Origin: an uncultured Verrucomicrobiae bacterium
Lineage (GTDB): Bacteria; Verrucomicrobiota; Verrucomicrobiia; Palsa-1439
Direction of reading: 5' to 3'
Length of the DNA stretch: 64,000 nucleotides
Assembly: GCA_963812605.1 (NCBI GenBank)
Contig: CAWEWF010000006.1
Span: forward strand, 352,001 to 416,000
The notes below the pieces were generated by a model that was not told the origin of the DNA, searched no databases, and saw only the letters and a program-made list of their open reading frames with translations. A program made the position numbers and the translations under genes. Below, piece by piece: positions 42,978-53,720 of this stretch. The first letter of the stretch is position 1, and each line of letters begins with the position of its first letter.

Positions 42978-43077
42978 GAACATGTCCGCACTATACAATT
43001 ATCGTAAATCGATGTCAAGCGGCCCGGACAAATAACTGCACCGGGTCTTTGTAGCCGCAGCCCTCAGCCTGCGTTCG
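42978..43077 (-). promoter_or_regulatory. REP plus sigma70 promoter module, copy 2
   Basis: TTGACA(43018)-N17-TATAGT-N6-ATG with the same REP family upstream. Confidence 0.7.
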
Positions 43078-43149
43078 CCTCACTGCTCCCCTTGAATAGT
43101 CGGGACGGATTTGAGAGTCCTAGGGTGGAGGAAGGACTCGATGAAACGT

Positions 43150-43361
43150 CGGCAGATGGACACCAAAAGAAATACTGACCAGTTTAACCGGATGACAGAA
43201 AAAGGAAATTGGCAGAGCGCATGATTGCGGCGGAGCATTTTGTGCCGAACAATGAAGGGATGTTCTGTAAATCCTGCCCCTTCCAGAATTCATGTAAAGG
43301 CTGGCATCGGGATCACGCACGCGTAATCAGCATTGGAAAGGAGGAGCAGACAGCGGCTTAA
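43150..43361 (+). pseudogene. C-terminal remnant of a PD-(D/E)XK RecB-family nuclease
   Basis: ...AERMIAAEHFVPNNEGMFCKSCPFQNSCKGW: F.P....CxxCP....C tail with no N-terminus. Confidence 0.6.
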
Positions 43362-43604
43362 GTGATGGCAGGTCGAGACTGGTAGTGTTGTGAAAGAGAA
43401 GGGTGCAGGCCCTTTTCTTTAGCTATGGCAGCCTTTACGCAGGCTCAAGGAGTGACTTTCGCTCGAAAGAATCCACTTGGTTGATTGGTCATTCGAACTG
43501 CAAGTGCTAGATCGCCATAGAAGGCAGGTAGAGCAACCCTTGTGAGCCCGATAATCCTTGCCAAATACGAGGTTGTCTGATACCAATCAGACCTTGCGAG
43601 GAGG

Positions 43605-43931
43605 GTGGGCGAAATGGGCGGACTGTTCAGCGCGGAATTTGAACAGGTCAAACGAAGTTTGGCGGATTTGACTTCGGAGATGCGGTGTCCTCATCATTTT
43701 AAGAACGCCACGGTGGAAATGGACGGTGACAGCTTCGATGATTTCAGCGTGGAGGTCATTACCTGTTGTAGCGAATTCCAAAAGTGCGTCGAAGCGGCCC
43801 TAGACAAGTTGGTGGCACAACAGAGTGTAACCGTAGCTCCTGCTGTTGCTATCACGACTCCCAATCCCCACACAAAACACTCCGTCGCTAATCTCCCCAA
43901 CACCCATCACATCAGTCACCATCGTGCGTAG
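43605..43931 (+). CDS. Hypothetical protein with CPxH...CC motif
   Basis: RCPHH...ITCCSEF; GAGGAGG Shine-Dalgarno upstream. Confidence 0.55.
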   Translation: MGEMGGLFSAEFEQVKRSLADLTSEMRCPHHFKNATVEMDGDSFDDFSVEVITCCSEFQKCVEAALDKLVAQQSVTVAPAVAITTPNPHTKHSVANLPNTHHISHHRA

Positions 43932-44083
43932 AAAACGATTCTAGACGCGATCTGAAGTGACCAGAATGACCAGTTTGTATTGACAACACCCAGTTCTTGT
44001 GAAAAACTCCGCACTCAGCGAGTCTAATCCCCACGTCGGGCCAACCAGTCCCAAGATGGGCCAAATCCTAGGGAGTGCGTAGT

Positions 44084-44212
44084 ATGGCAAAGCACGTTAA
44101 AGAATATCCACCGAAGAGGCTCCTCACGCCATTGGAAGGTCAATTACTCCTGTTGCTGTGTGCCGTCGTCGTGGTAATCGTTGGCATGATCCTGAAACAA
44201 CAGCATCTGTAA
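44084..44212 (+). CDS. 42-aa single-pass membrane protein
   Basis: MAKHVKEYPPKRLLTPLEGQLLLLLCAVVVVIVGMILKQQHL, GGGAG upstream, TTGACA at 43980. Confidence 0.5.
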   Translation: MAKHVKEYPPKRLLTPLEGQLLLLLCAVVVVIVGMILKQQHL

Positions 44213-44560
44213 AGGGGGCAGTCCTTAGTATTGACACGAAGGATTTGGTGCGCGGGGTTTATCGGGTCGGGTTTCTTCTTTCTGCGTTTGACTGCGAGGT
44301 TGGAGGTCACGTCTAATCATCGGGGCAACTCTGGCGAGAGGAAATGGTGTCACATCTCCTCGTATAATGCCCCAGCCTGTTCGCCCTTCCCACCCGCCAG
44401 AAAAACGAAACCTTTGGCGCATTTCCTCCGTCTGTGATAATGAAAACATGGTGTTTTCAGCACAACCAACTCTTGTGCTGCGGTGTTGAAGGTAACAGGT
44501 GATTACATGCGCTTTTTACCGGGAAACCAGGGATTTCGCTTTCGCGGAGGGACGACGGAA

Positions 44561-46387
44561 ATGCTGAATCTACTTGTTCGCAAGCCAAGTAGCCGACGCT
44601 GCTGGCAGGCTATCGCAATCGTGGTGCTTGTCGGATTGTCGGGGAGCCTAGTGCGAGCCCGGGACGACCAGCCACTCACCGACCGACAGAAGATCGTTCA
44701 CGTTCTCAATCGGCTCGGGTACGGCCCGCGCCCCGGCAACGTCGAGCGGGTCGAGAAGATGGGCCTGCCGGCGTATCTTCGCCAGCAATTGCACCCCGAG
44801 ACGATCGACGATTCCGCGCTCCGGTCTGAACTCGCCAAATTCGACATCCTCACCATGAGCGAGACGGAATTGTTCCAGGATTTCCGTGATGAGCAGCAGG
44901 CGAACAAGCAACGAAAGATCGAACAGGCCGATGCGGAGAAGAAGAGCGCAGCCGCCGCGGCCGGCTCTTCAACCAATTCCATGAGCGCCCAGAATGAATC
45001 ATCGCCCGCCCTGAGACGTCCCCGGTACCGCGAAGACGGTCCCCGCCGCTCGGTGATCGCCGTGGCGGAACTGCAGGACGCCAAGATCATCAGCGCCGTC
45101 GATTCGCCCCGCCAACTTTACGAGGTGCTCGTCGATTTCTGGAGCAATCATTTCAACATCGATGTTCGCAAAGGCCCGTGCCGCGTCCTCAAGGTCGTCG
45201 ACGAGCGCGAAGTCATCCGCCCGCACGTCTTCGGCAAATTCCGTGATTTACTGGGGGCTTCCGCCAAGAGTCCCGCGATGCTTCACTATCTCGATAATTT
45301 CCAGAACTCCGCCGAGCGCGAATTGTCCCCCAACGAACTGCGCCGCCACCAGCAATTCCAACAGAGCGTTCCCGGGACAACGGGAGTCATCGAGAGCAAA
45401 CCGCAGAAGGTTGGCGGCCTCAATGAAAATTACGCCCGGGAGATCATGGAACTGCATACGTTGGGCGTGGACGGTGGCTACACGCAAAAAGACGTGCAGG
45501 AAGTGGCCCGTTGCTTCACCGGTTGGGGCGTCGACCCACAAACCGGCGAATTCCAGTTCATGCCGCGCCGCCATGACAACGGCTCGAAGATGGTTCTCGG
45601 CCATTTCATCATGGCCAATGGCGGTATTAAGGACGGCGAAAGGGTTCTCGACATCCTGGCGTCGCACCCCTCGACCGCGAAGTTCATTTCCACGGAACTC
45701 TGCCGCCGCCTCGTGACCGACGATCCGCCGCCCGTGTTGGTGGACCGTGTGGCCAGCGTCTTCCGGGAAACAGACGGCGACCTGCGGCTGGTCGTCCAGG
45801 CGATCATCAACAGCCCCGAGTTCTTCTCGCCGCAAGCCTATCGCGCAAAAATCAAATCGCCCTTTGAATTCGCCGTGTCCGCCGTTCGCGCGACCGGCCG
45901 GTCCATTGTGGACGATGACTTCCCGCCGATGAATGCGCGCCTCGCCATGGAAGCGGGCGCCACGTTCGGGCGCGGCATGGACCGGATCGCGAACGCCAGG
46001 CGCAAATCGTTGGATATTGCTCTCATTGAGATGGGCCAGCCCTTGTTCGCGTACCAGGCGCCCACGGGTTATACCGAGGACTCGCGCAAGTGGGTCAACG
46101 CGGGCGCGCTGATTGCCCGCATGAACTTTGCCCTCGCGCTGTCGGAACACAAGGTCATCGATGTCTCGACCGCCCCCACGGATTTGATTCGCGGCGTGGA
46201 CAGCGATAAGCCCGGCTTGGTCCTCGATCAATTGAATCAGGTCTTGCTCCACGGCGAGATGGCGCCCACCACGCGCGCCACGCTGGAAAAGCAAATCTCG
46301 AACAAGGATGCTGACGAGGCCAGCACCGTCAACGTTCCCGAACTCACCGCCCTGGTCCTTGGTTCACCGGAATTCCAACGCCACTAA
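44561..46387 (+). CDS. DUF1800-family exported protein
   Basis: HVLNRLGYGPRPG, FWSNHFN, PAMLHYLDN, NENYAREIMELHTLG, SPEFQRH. Confidence 0.95.
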   Translation: MLNLLVRKPSSRRCWQAIAIVVLVGLSGSLVRARDDQPLTDRQKIVHVLNRLGYGPRPGNVERVEKMGLPAYLRQQLHPETIDDSALRSELAKFDILTMSETELFQDFRDEQQANKQRKIEQADAEKKSAAAAAGSSTNSMSAQNESSPALRRPRYREDGPRRSVIAVAELQDAKIISAVDSPRQLYEVLVDFWSNHFNIDVRKGPCRVLKVVDEREVIRPHVFGKFRDLLGASAKSPAMLHYLDNFQNSAERELSPNELRRHQQFQQSVPGTTGVIESKPQKVGGLNENYAREIMELHTLGVDGGYTQKDVQEVARCFTGWGVDPQTGEFQFMPRRHDNGSKMVLGHFIMANGGIKDGERVLDILASHPSTAKFISTELCRRLVTDDPPPVLVDRVASVFRETDGDLRLVVQAIINSPEFFSPQAYRAKIKSPFEFAVSAVRATGRSIVDDDFPPMNARLAMEAGATFGRGMDRIANARRKSLDIALIEMGQPLFAYQAPTGYTEDSRKWVNAGALIARMNFALALSEHKVIDVSTAPTDLIRGVDSDKPGLVLDQLNQVLLHGEMAPTTRATLEKQISNKDADEASTVNVPELTALVLGSPEFQRH

Positions 46388-46403
46388 TGCAAGGAGATCG
46401 ATC

Positions 46404-47702
46404 ATGACACTCACACGTCGAGCATTTCTCAAACGCGGCGGTCTGGCCCTGGTATCCGTCGGCACGATGCCGCTGTGGGGGCCGTCTTTCCTCCAGCAAC
46501 TGGTCTTCGCCGCTGACCCGGCCCAGGCAGGAGGCAAAAAGATTCTCATCTGCATTTTCCAGCGCGGGGCGGTGGACGGACTCTCCATGGTCGTGCCCTT
46601 CGGCGATCCCTACTATTACCAGGCCCGTTCCGAGATCGCGATCGCCCAGCCCACCCAGAAAGCCGGCGTGGAAGGCGTGCTCCCCCTCGACGACCTCTTC
46701 GGTTTCCACCCGAACATGGCCGCGCTGATGCCCATCTACAAGAGCGGTCATCTGGCCCTGATTCACGCCTGCGGCTCGCCCAGTTCCAACCGCTCGCATT
46801 TCGACGCGCAGGATTTCATGGAATGTGGCGTGGCGGATGACAAATCGATCCGCACCGGTTGGCTCAATCGCGCCCTGCTCGAATGTCCCGAGGATCGCGC
46901 CAAGCTCACTCCTTTTCGCGCAGTCTCGATGACCTCCATTTTGCCACGCACCTTGCAAGGCGATCAGGAGGCGCTGGCCATTCCCGATCTGAAGTCATTT
47001 GGGGTCGGCGGCGCCGGCTTCGCCCCGAGCAGCACCACCGCCTCCGCCGCGAGCGGATTCGAGGGCATGTACGAAAGCGCCGTGGGCGACCTGCTGCACG
47101 GCAACGGCAAGGACGCTTTCGATGCCATCGGGATGTTGAAGGCCGCTGACCCGACAAAGTATTCGCCGCGCAACGGCGCTTCCTATCCGAATGGCGCATT
47201 CGGTCGTTCGCTCATGCAAATCGCCCAGATGATCAAGGCCAACATCGGCGTCGAAGTCGCCTTTGCCGAAATCGGCGGCTGGGATACTCACGTCAATCAG
47301 GGCGCCGCACAGGGCCAGTTGGCCAATCGGTTTACGGAATTCTCCGGCGGCCTCGCCGCCTTGTACCAGGACCTCGGCGATCGCATGGACGACGTGGTCA
47401 TCCTGACAATGAGCGAGTTTGGCCGTACCGTCCGCCAAAACGGCAACCGCGGCACGGACCATGGTCATGCCACTTGTTTCATGGTGCTCGGCGGCCCGAT
47501 CCGTGGCGGCAAGGTTTACGGCAAATGGCCCGGTCTCGCCCGTGAACAACTTTTTGAACAGCGCGACCTGATGTTGACCACCGACTACCGCGACGTCTTT
47601 GCCGAATTGTCCCAGAAGCATCTCGGCGCTCGCGATGTTGACAAGATTTTTCCGAACCACACGCTCCATCCCAGGAACTACCCGGGATTGGTGGCGGTAT
47701 AA
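46404..47702 (+). CDS. DUF1501-family protein with Tat signal
   Basis: TRRAFLK; RGAVDGL, RSHFDAQ, GGWDTH, SEFGRT, GTDHG. Confidence 0.95.
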   Translation: MTLTRRAFLKRGGLALVSVGTMPLWGPSFLQQLVFAADPAQAGGKKILICIFQRGAVDGLSMVVPFGDPYYYQARSEIAIAQPTQKAGVEGVLPLDDLFGFHPNMAALMPIYKSGHLALIHACGSPSSNRSHFDAQDFMECGVADDKSIRTGWLNRALLECPEDRAKLTPFRAVSMTSILPRTLQGDQEALAIPDLKSFGVGGAGFAPSSTTASAASGFEGMYESAVGDLLHGNGKDAFDAIGMLKAADPTKYSPRNGASYPNGAFGRSLMQIAQMIKANIGVEVAFAEIGGWDTHVNQGAAQGQLANRFTEFSGGLAALYQDLGDRMDDVVILTMSEFGRTVRQNGNRGTDHGHATCFMVLGGPIRGGKVYGKWPGLAREQLFEQRDLMLTTDYRDVFAELSQKHLGARDVDKIFPNHTLHPRNYPGLVAV

Positions 47703-47916
47703 GCCGGGAAATGCGTTCTTTCCAGCCTTCGGGTCTTCAGCATCGTTGCCAATTTGTTGCCGTGTCGAAATCTGATCGTCGCGCTCCTCGGCCAGTCTTG
47801 CAATGCTGCCAGTTCTCCTTGACTGCGGCTGCGCGGGGCGGTTCCCACCGCTTCATCCTCCAAAGCACCTCTCCCGCGCGCCCCCCTGTTTGCGTTTCAT
47901 CGTCCAGACATATTCA

Positions 47917-48025
47917 TGCGCAACGCTTGCGCAACGGAAACCGATCACCTGTGAAGACAATGCGCATCGCAGAATGGCAAGTTGTTGATTTACAATGCCT
48001 TTTCGGGCTTGGCATTTCTTTTGCT
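47917..48025 (+). promoter_or_regulatory. Sigma54 control region: enhancer pair, IHF site, -24/-12
   Basis: TGCGCA-N5-TGCGCA (47917-47933) and TGTGAA-N5-TGCGCA (47950-47966); WATCAANNNNTTR match on minus strand (47978-47990); TGGCAT-N5-TTGCT (48010-48025). Confidence 0.8.
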
Positions 48026-48102
48026 AAGGACGTCAGGGTAAACTGCAGGAGAACAATCTGTGGTAACGCGAACGTATCAACCGAACAATTGAAGGAGCCG
48101 GA

Positions 48103-48630
48103 ATGATGAAAAGAATAATGATCAGACCGTTGCTGTTAACCGTTGGATTGGCCGCACTCGTGGTCGGGGCGGGAAATGTAATGGCCCAGGCCGACGGCGG
48201 CGATGGCGGCCGGCGAGGCGGAAATTCTGACCCGGCGCAGTTTCAGCAGCAAATGATGGATCGCTTCAAGGAACGCCTGGAGATGACCAACGATGACGAG
48301 TGGGCGGCTGTCCAGGGCCTGGTCCAAAAGGTAATGGATGCGCGACGCGCAACTTTCAGCGGAATGGGATTTGGCGGTGGCCGCCGCAATAACGGTGGTG
48401 GCAACGGTGGGCGCGGTGGGTTCAATGCCCCGCCAAGTCCTGAAGCCGAAGACCTGCAAAAAGCACTGGATGCGAAGGCTTCCCCCGATGAGTTGAAAGC
48501 CAAGCTGGCGAAATTCCGCGAGGCGCGCAAGGTGAAGGAAGCGGCTTTGACCAAGGCCCAGGAAGACCTTCGCAAAGTGCTGACAGTTCGCCAGGAAGCC
48601 ACGGCAGTCTCCATGGGACTTCTGCCATAA
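48103..48630 (+). CDS. Periplasmic helical protein, Spy/CpxP/ZraP-like
   Basis: Signal peptide, Gly-rich loops, C-terminal VLTVRQ (LTxxQ motif). Confidence 0.6.
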   Translation: MMKRIMIRPLLLTVGLAALVVGAGNVMAQADGGDGGRRGGNSDPAQFQQQMMDRFKERLEMTNDDEWAAVQGLVQKVMDARRATFSGMGFGGGRRNNGGGNGGRGGFNAPPSPEAEDLQKALDAKASPDELKAKLAKFREARKVKEAALTKAQEDLRKVLTVRQEATAVSMGLLP

Positions 48631-48661
48631 CAAAACCGGCAAGGAGACGCGGGAAGACAAC

Positions 48662-50381
48662 GTGAACGAGTTACTCGATAAAATGGTGGCGGCCCGGCAA
48701 CTGTCGGTTGCCGATGCCGCGACCCTGGCCCGGCAGCCGGTAGAGGGTCCCCACGCCATTCGCTCCGAAGAGGACGTGCTTCGCTGGCTGGCCGGCGAGT
48801 ATGGACTGGCCTACACCGATTTGGAGAACGTCGAATTGGATCGTGAACTCTTGTCGCTGTTTCCGCCGCGTATCCTGCTGAAGGAAGAACTCCTGCCGTT
48901 GAAGCGCGTCAATGGCTCCGTCGAGGTGGCCACGAGCCGCCTGTTTGCCACACAAGGGCTTGATACTCTCAAGGCGATGACGGGCTTGAAGCTCAAGCCC
49001 ATCCTCGCCCCGAGCGAAGCGATCCAGCGGGAGATGAAGAAACGGCTGGGGGTGGGCGCGGACACCATCGGCACGCTGGAAGAGGAAGCGCCCCTCCAGG
49101 TCGTCAGCGAGGACGGCTCCGAGGAAGATACCGATTTGGACGCCGCGGCGGAAGACGCGTCCATCATCCGCTTCGTCAACCAGGTGCTGCGCGACGCGAT
49201 CGAATTGCGGGCTTCGGACATTCATCTCGAACCCTTCGAACACGAGTTCCGCATTCGCTACCGGATTGATGGCGTGCTCCAGGAGGTCCCCGTCCCCTCC
49301 CAACTCAAACGGTTTCAACCGGCCATTGTTTCCCGCATCAAGATTCTCAGCCATCTCAATATCGCCGAGAAGCGGCTGCCGCAGGATGGCCGCATCAAGA
49401 TCCGCATCGATGACGGCGAAGTGGACATTCGCGTTTCCGTCATCCCGATGCTCCACGGCGAAGCGGTGGTAATGCGTTTGCTGCGGCAGAACGCCACGCT
49501 GCGCGGCCTGGGTGAACTGGGCATGGACGCGCCCGAACTGGATCGCTTCCGCCGCGTCCTTCAATTGCCGCATGGAATTATTTTGGTGACGGGCCCGACC
49601 GGCAGCGGCAAAACTTCCACGCTCTACACGGCGCTCAATGAGATCAACGATGCCGTCCGCAAGATTGTCACGATTGAAGATCCGATCGAGTATCAACTCA
49701 AGGGCGTCAACCAGATCCAGGTGTCCGAAAAAGCCGGGCTTAACTTTTGCCCGCGGCCTGCGCTCCATCCTGCGCCATGATCCCGACGTCATTCTCATCG
49801 GCGAAATTCGCGACCAGGAGACGGCGCAAATCGCCGTGCAGGCCTCCCTCACGGGTCATTTGGTCTTTTCCACGCTCCACACCAACGACGCCCCCGGCGC
49901 CTTGACCCGTCTCGTCGATATGGGCGTCGAACCGTATCTCGTGGCGTCGTCCCTCGAAGCAGTCCTGGCCCAGCGCCTCGTGCGCGTGCTCTGCACGCAT
50001 TGCAAGCAAGTGGATGAATCCCCCACCGCCCAGTCGTTCAAGGTCCAGGTGGGCATCCCCGCCGCTACCACGATTTACCGTTCGGTCGGTTGCCGGGAAT
50101 GCCGCCAAACCGGCTTCTTCGGCCGCCACGCCATTTTCGAGTGGATGGATTCCGACGACGAAATCCGCCAATTGATTCTGAAAAGCTCTTCCAGCGACGT
50201 CATCCGCGAGGCGGCCCGTCGCGCTGGTTTGCGCACGCTGGCGGAGGACGGCTGGCGGCTCGTGCGCCTGGGCATCACCACCGTCGAGGAAGTGTTAAGC
50301 GTGACGACCGCCAAGGAAGTGGCGCGCGCCAATAAAACCGAGCCGGTCACCGCTCCAACAGCGACACCCGGGAAAATGTAA
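48662..50381 (+). CDS. gspE: T2SS ATPase (frameshift near 49745)
   Basis: [52 protein letters not shown], CxxC..CxxC. Confidence 0.95.
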
Positions 50382-50383
50382 CG

Positions 50384-51624
50384 ATGCCCCTCTTTCTTTA
50401 CAAAGCCCTGCAGACCGATGGGAGCGTCACCGAAGGCAACATCGACGCCGAGGGCCGGCAGGAGGCCTTCCGTCAAATTGAAGGCCGCGGGCTGACGCCC
50501 ATCAGCTTATTGGCTGGTTCCAACGGCCAGGCCGCCAAGGGCGGTGAGGTGAAAAAAGACATGGTGGCAACGCCCTGGGCTTCCAAGAAAATCTCCTCTC
50601 GCACGCTCGAGAATTTTACCCGGCTGTTGTCCAGCCTCCTGGCGGCGGGCGTGCCTCTGAGCCGGGCCCTGGTCATTCTTCACCGTGAAGCCTCGACACC
50701 CCTGGCTCGGAAGAAGTGGAAGGAAATCCATGATTCCGTCGTGGACGGCGTGACCCTGGCCGATACGATGGCGCGCTCGCCGGATACTTTTCCGCGCGTT
50801 TACGTGGCGATGGTCGAGGCCGGCGAGACCGGCGGCTTCCTGGATTTGGTGCTCGCGCAAATCGCCGATTTCCAGGCGCGGGAAAAAGAGTTGCGTTCGA
50901 AAGTGATGGCGGCCCTGCTCTATCCGGCGGTCTTGCTGGCGGTGGCCCTGTCGTCCTCGTTTTTCTGCTGGTGTTCTTCATACCGCGATTGCAGCCTCTC
51001 TTTATCAGCTTTGGTGGAACCCTGCCGCTCTTAACGCGGATGATCATCGCCACGAGCACCGTCGTCCGGTCCTACGGTTTCTTCGTCGCACTCGGGCTGG
51101 CGCTGGGCGGTTATTTCATTCGCAATTGGATGCGATCGCAACAAGGAAGGCGTGTTTGGGAGCGTGCCCTGCTGCGCGCGCCGGTGGTGGGAAAACTCAT
51201 CGCGCAATTTGCCATGGCCCGGTTCTGCCGGATGCTCGGGACTTTGCTGGCCGCCGGTGTGCCGCTGATCAATGGATTGACCGTGGCCCGCAAATCCATT
51301 GGGAACCAGATCCTCGTGGACGCGGTCGCCAATTCCATCGAACGGGTGAAGGAAGGCGCCGCGCTGGGGCCGAGCCTGGCCAGTTGCCGCGAACTTTTCA
51401 CCGGCTCCGTCCTGGAAATGATTTCCGTGGCGGAAGAAAGCGGCCGCTTGGATCAGGAACTCATTCGCCTCGCGGACGTCACGGAACGCGACCTGGATCG
51501 CGAGTTGAAGATGGCCGTGTCCCTCGCCGAGCCGCTGATGTTGTTTTTTATCGCCGGATTCATCGGCACGATTTTCATCGGGATGGCCCTCCCGATCTTC
51601 TCGCTTCAGGATTACATCAAATGA
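50384..51624 (+). CDS. gspF: T2SS inner membrane platform (frameshift near 50950)
   Basis: LLAAGVPL, AGETGG.L, ALLYP, AEESG.L, EPLM. Confidence 0.93.
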
Positions 51625-51644
51625 ATACCCAAGGAGCTGCCATC

Positions 51645-52106
51645 ATGAAACGGAACCCATCCATCAAAAATCAATTGCGCCGGAGCAGCCGGGAGGCGTT
51701 CACGTTGATTGAACTGCTCCTGGTGCTCGTGATTCTCGGCGTGCTCGCCGCCATCGTGGTGCCGAAGTTCGCGGGTCGAACCGAACAGGCAAGAAATACT
51801 GCCGCAAAAACGCAGATCTCCAATTTCGAGACCGCGCTCGACGCCTTTGAGGTGGACAACGGTTATTATCCCAAGGGCAAGAACGGCCTCAATGATCTCG
51901 TTGTCCAACCCAAGGACGCGCCCAACTGGCATGGTCCGTACCTCAAGCAGGAAAGCATTCCCAACGACCCGTGGGGACAGCCTTACATTTACGATTGTCC
52001 GGGCAAACACAATGCAAGCACGTACGACATCATGTCCATGGGACCCGATGGACGCGTGGGCGGCGATGATGACATCACAAGCTGGGACCAGGGCAAGAAG
52101 CATTAG
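51645..52106 (+). CDS. gspG: Major pseudopilin
   Basis: AFTLIELLLVLVILGVLAAIVVP, DNGYYP, W.GPYL, DPWG.PY, GPDG. Confidence 0.95.
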   Translation: MKRNPSIKNQLRRSSREAFTLIELLLVLVILGVLAAIVVPKFAGRTEQARNTAAKTQISNFETALDAFEVDNGYYPKGKNGLNDLVVQPKDAPNWHGPYLKQESIPNDPWGQPYIYDCPGKHNASTYDIMSMGPDGRVGGDDDITSWDQGKKH

Positions 52107-52631
52107 GCCGCGGCAGCGCAGCGCCTTTACGCTGATCGAGCTGATCGTGGTGATGGCCCTGCTGTCGATCGTGATCGCCATCGGCGCGCCCCGGCTGGCC
52201 AGGTTTTTTCACGGGCAGACGGTCGCGGAAGAAGGCCAGCGACTGTTGGCCCTGACCCGGTACGGCCAGAGCCGGGCCGCCTCGGAAGGCTTGCCGATGA
52301 TTCTGTGGATGAATCCGGCAAATGGGACGTACGGGCTGCGGATGCAGGATGGATTCAGTGCCGGGGGAACGACGGCCCCGGCGGAACCGGGAAAGATAAG
52401 AGCTACCAACTGGGGGATGGGCTGCGGTTCCAGTTCGAGCAGGGAGTGGCCATGCCGAAGCAAGGAGCCAGCATCCTGTTTGCGCCCGATGGCTCCATCG
52501 AAGAAAGCAGTGTGCACCGGGTGGTGATCGCCCAGGACGATGGCGATTGGTCGGCCATCGCGGAATCACCGAATCAGATGAATTATGTCACGGTTGAGAA
52601 AACAAATGCGCGGGCAACGATATCGTGGTAG
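52066..52631 (+). CDS. gspH: Minor pseudopilin H (frameshift near 52400)
   Basis: AFTLIELIVVM; ILFAPDG. Confidence 0.8.
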
Positions 52632-53013
52632 CCGGAATTTACGGAGCGGCTTCACGTTGGTCGAAATGCTGGCCGCCATGCTTTTCATGGCCATCGTCAT
52701 CCCGGTGGCTTTGCAAGGTCTGCGGATCGCCAGCCGCGCCGGGGCCGTGGCCGGTCGCAAAAGCGTCGCCGTGCAGTTGGCCGAAAGCAAATTGAATGAA
52801 CTGATCGTCACCGGTCAATGGCACAACTCCGGTCAGGGCGGCGCTTACGGCGCGCAGTGGCCGGGCTATCAGTGGACGGTAAAGAACGAACCGTGGGGCG
52901 GCGACACCACTGTCAATAGCCTGCGGCTCGTGACCGTCGAGGTCACCTACTTCGTGCAGGGACAGAATTACAACGTGCACTTGAGCACGGTATTGCCGGA
53001 CACAGCCCTATGA
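52606..53013 (+). CDS. gspI: Minor pseudopilin I
   Basis: GFTLVEMLAA; AVQLAESKLNEL; LRLVTVEV. Confidence 0.82.
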   Translation: MRGQRYRGSRNLRSGFTLVEMLAAMLFMAIVIPVALQGLRIASRAGAVAGRKSVAVQLAESKLNELIVTGQWHNSGQGGAYGAQWPGYQWTVKNEPWGGDTTVNSLRLVTVEVTYFVQGQNYNVHLSTVLPDTAL

Positions 53014-53720
53014 CGCGCCGAGGCAACCAACGCAAGCTTTCAGACGACAGCGCCTTCACCCTGTTGGAGGTGTTGATCGCGACGCTGATCGCCGCCGTGG
53101 TCCTCGCGGCAATGAACGCCGCATTCTATGCGGCGCTGCATTTGCGATCGGTCACCAACGACCTGGTCGAAAACAGCATTCCGATGAACCATGCCGCCTC
53201 GATCCTCAAAGCCGACCTGCGGGGCACGTTGATCACCGGTGGAACCATGGCCGTTTCCATCGAAAGCCCCGGCGCGGAAAGCAGCGACAACCAACCCACG
53301 GACCTGGACATTTACACAACGACGGGGATACTCCGCGACGACCAGCCCTGGGGAGACGTGCAAAAGGTCTCCTATTTGCTGAAAGACTCGGCCAACGCCT
53401 CCCGCCTGGGTGGCAAGGACCTGGTTCGCGCGGTCACCCGCAATCTGTTGGCTTCCACGCAACCGGATCTGGCCGAACAGCCGCTCTTGAGTGGTGTCGG
53501 CTCCGTACAGTTTTCATTTTACGACGGCGCGAATTGGCAAACCACCTGGGATTCAACGTCGGCGGTTACCCCCACGCCGCTGGCGATCAAGGTGCACGTC
53601 GAGTTTGCCAACAAAAATACCACCGGACAAGGACGGCTACCGCTGGAGATCCTGGTCCCGGTGGACGGACAGATGTCCAGTAACAGTGTCGCAGCGTCGG
53701 GAAGCGTGACCGGCGGATGA
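53010..53720 (+). CDS. gspJ: Minor pseudopilin J
   Basis: AFTLLEVLIA; FYDG.NWQTTW; PLAIKV. Confidence 0.85.
   Translation: MTRRGNQRKLSDDSAFTLLEVLIATLIAAVVLAAMNAAFYAALHLRSVTNDLVENSIPMNHAASILKADLRGTLITGGTMAVSIESPGAESSDNQPTDLDIYTTTGILRDDQPWGDVQKVSYLLKDSANASRLGGKDLVRAVTRNLLASTQPDLAEQPLLSGVGSVQFSFYDGANWQTTWDSTSAVTPTPLAIKVHVEFANKNTTGQGRLPLEILVPVDGQMSSNSVAASGSVTGG

Noticed and set aside
42982-43009. dif-like (XerCD) site
   Set aside because: ttatcgtaaat resembles a XerD arm, but spacer and XerC arm do not fit 11-6-11; the -35/N17/-10 promoter reading fits both copies better
49730-49760. Programmed frameshifting in gspE or other genes
   Set aside because: No consistent slippery motif; shifts are scattered across unrelated genes
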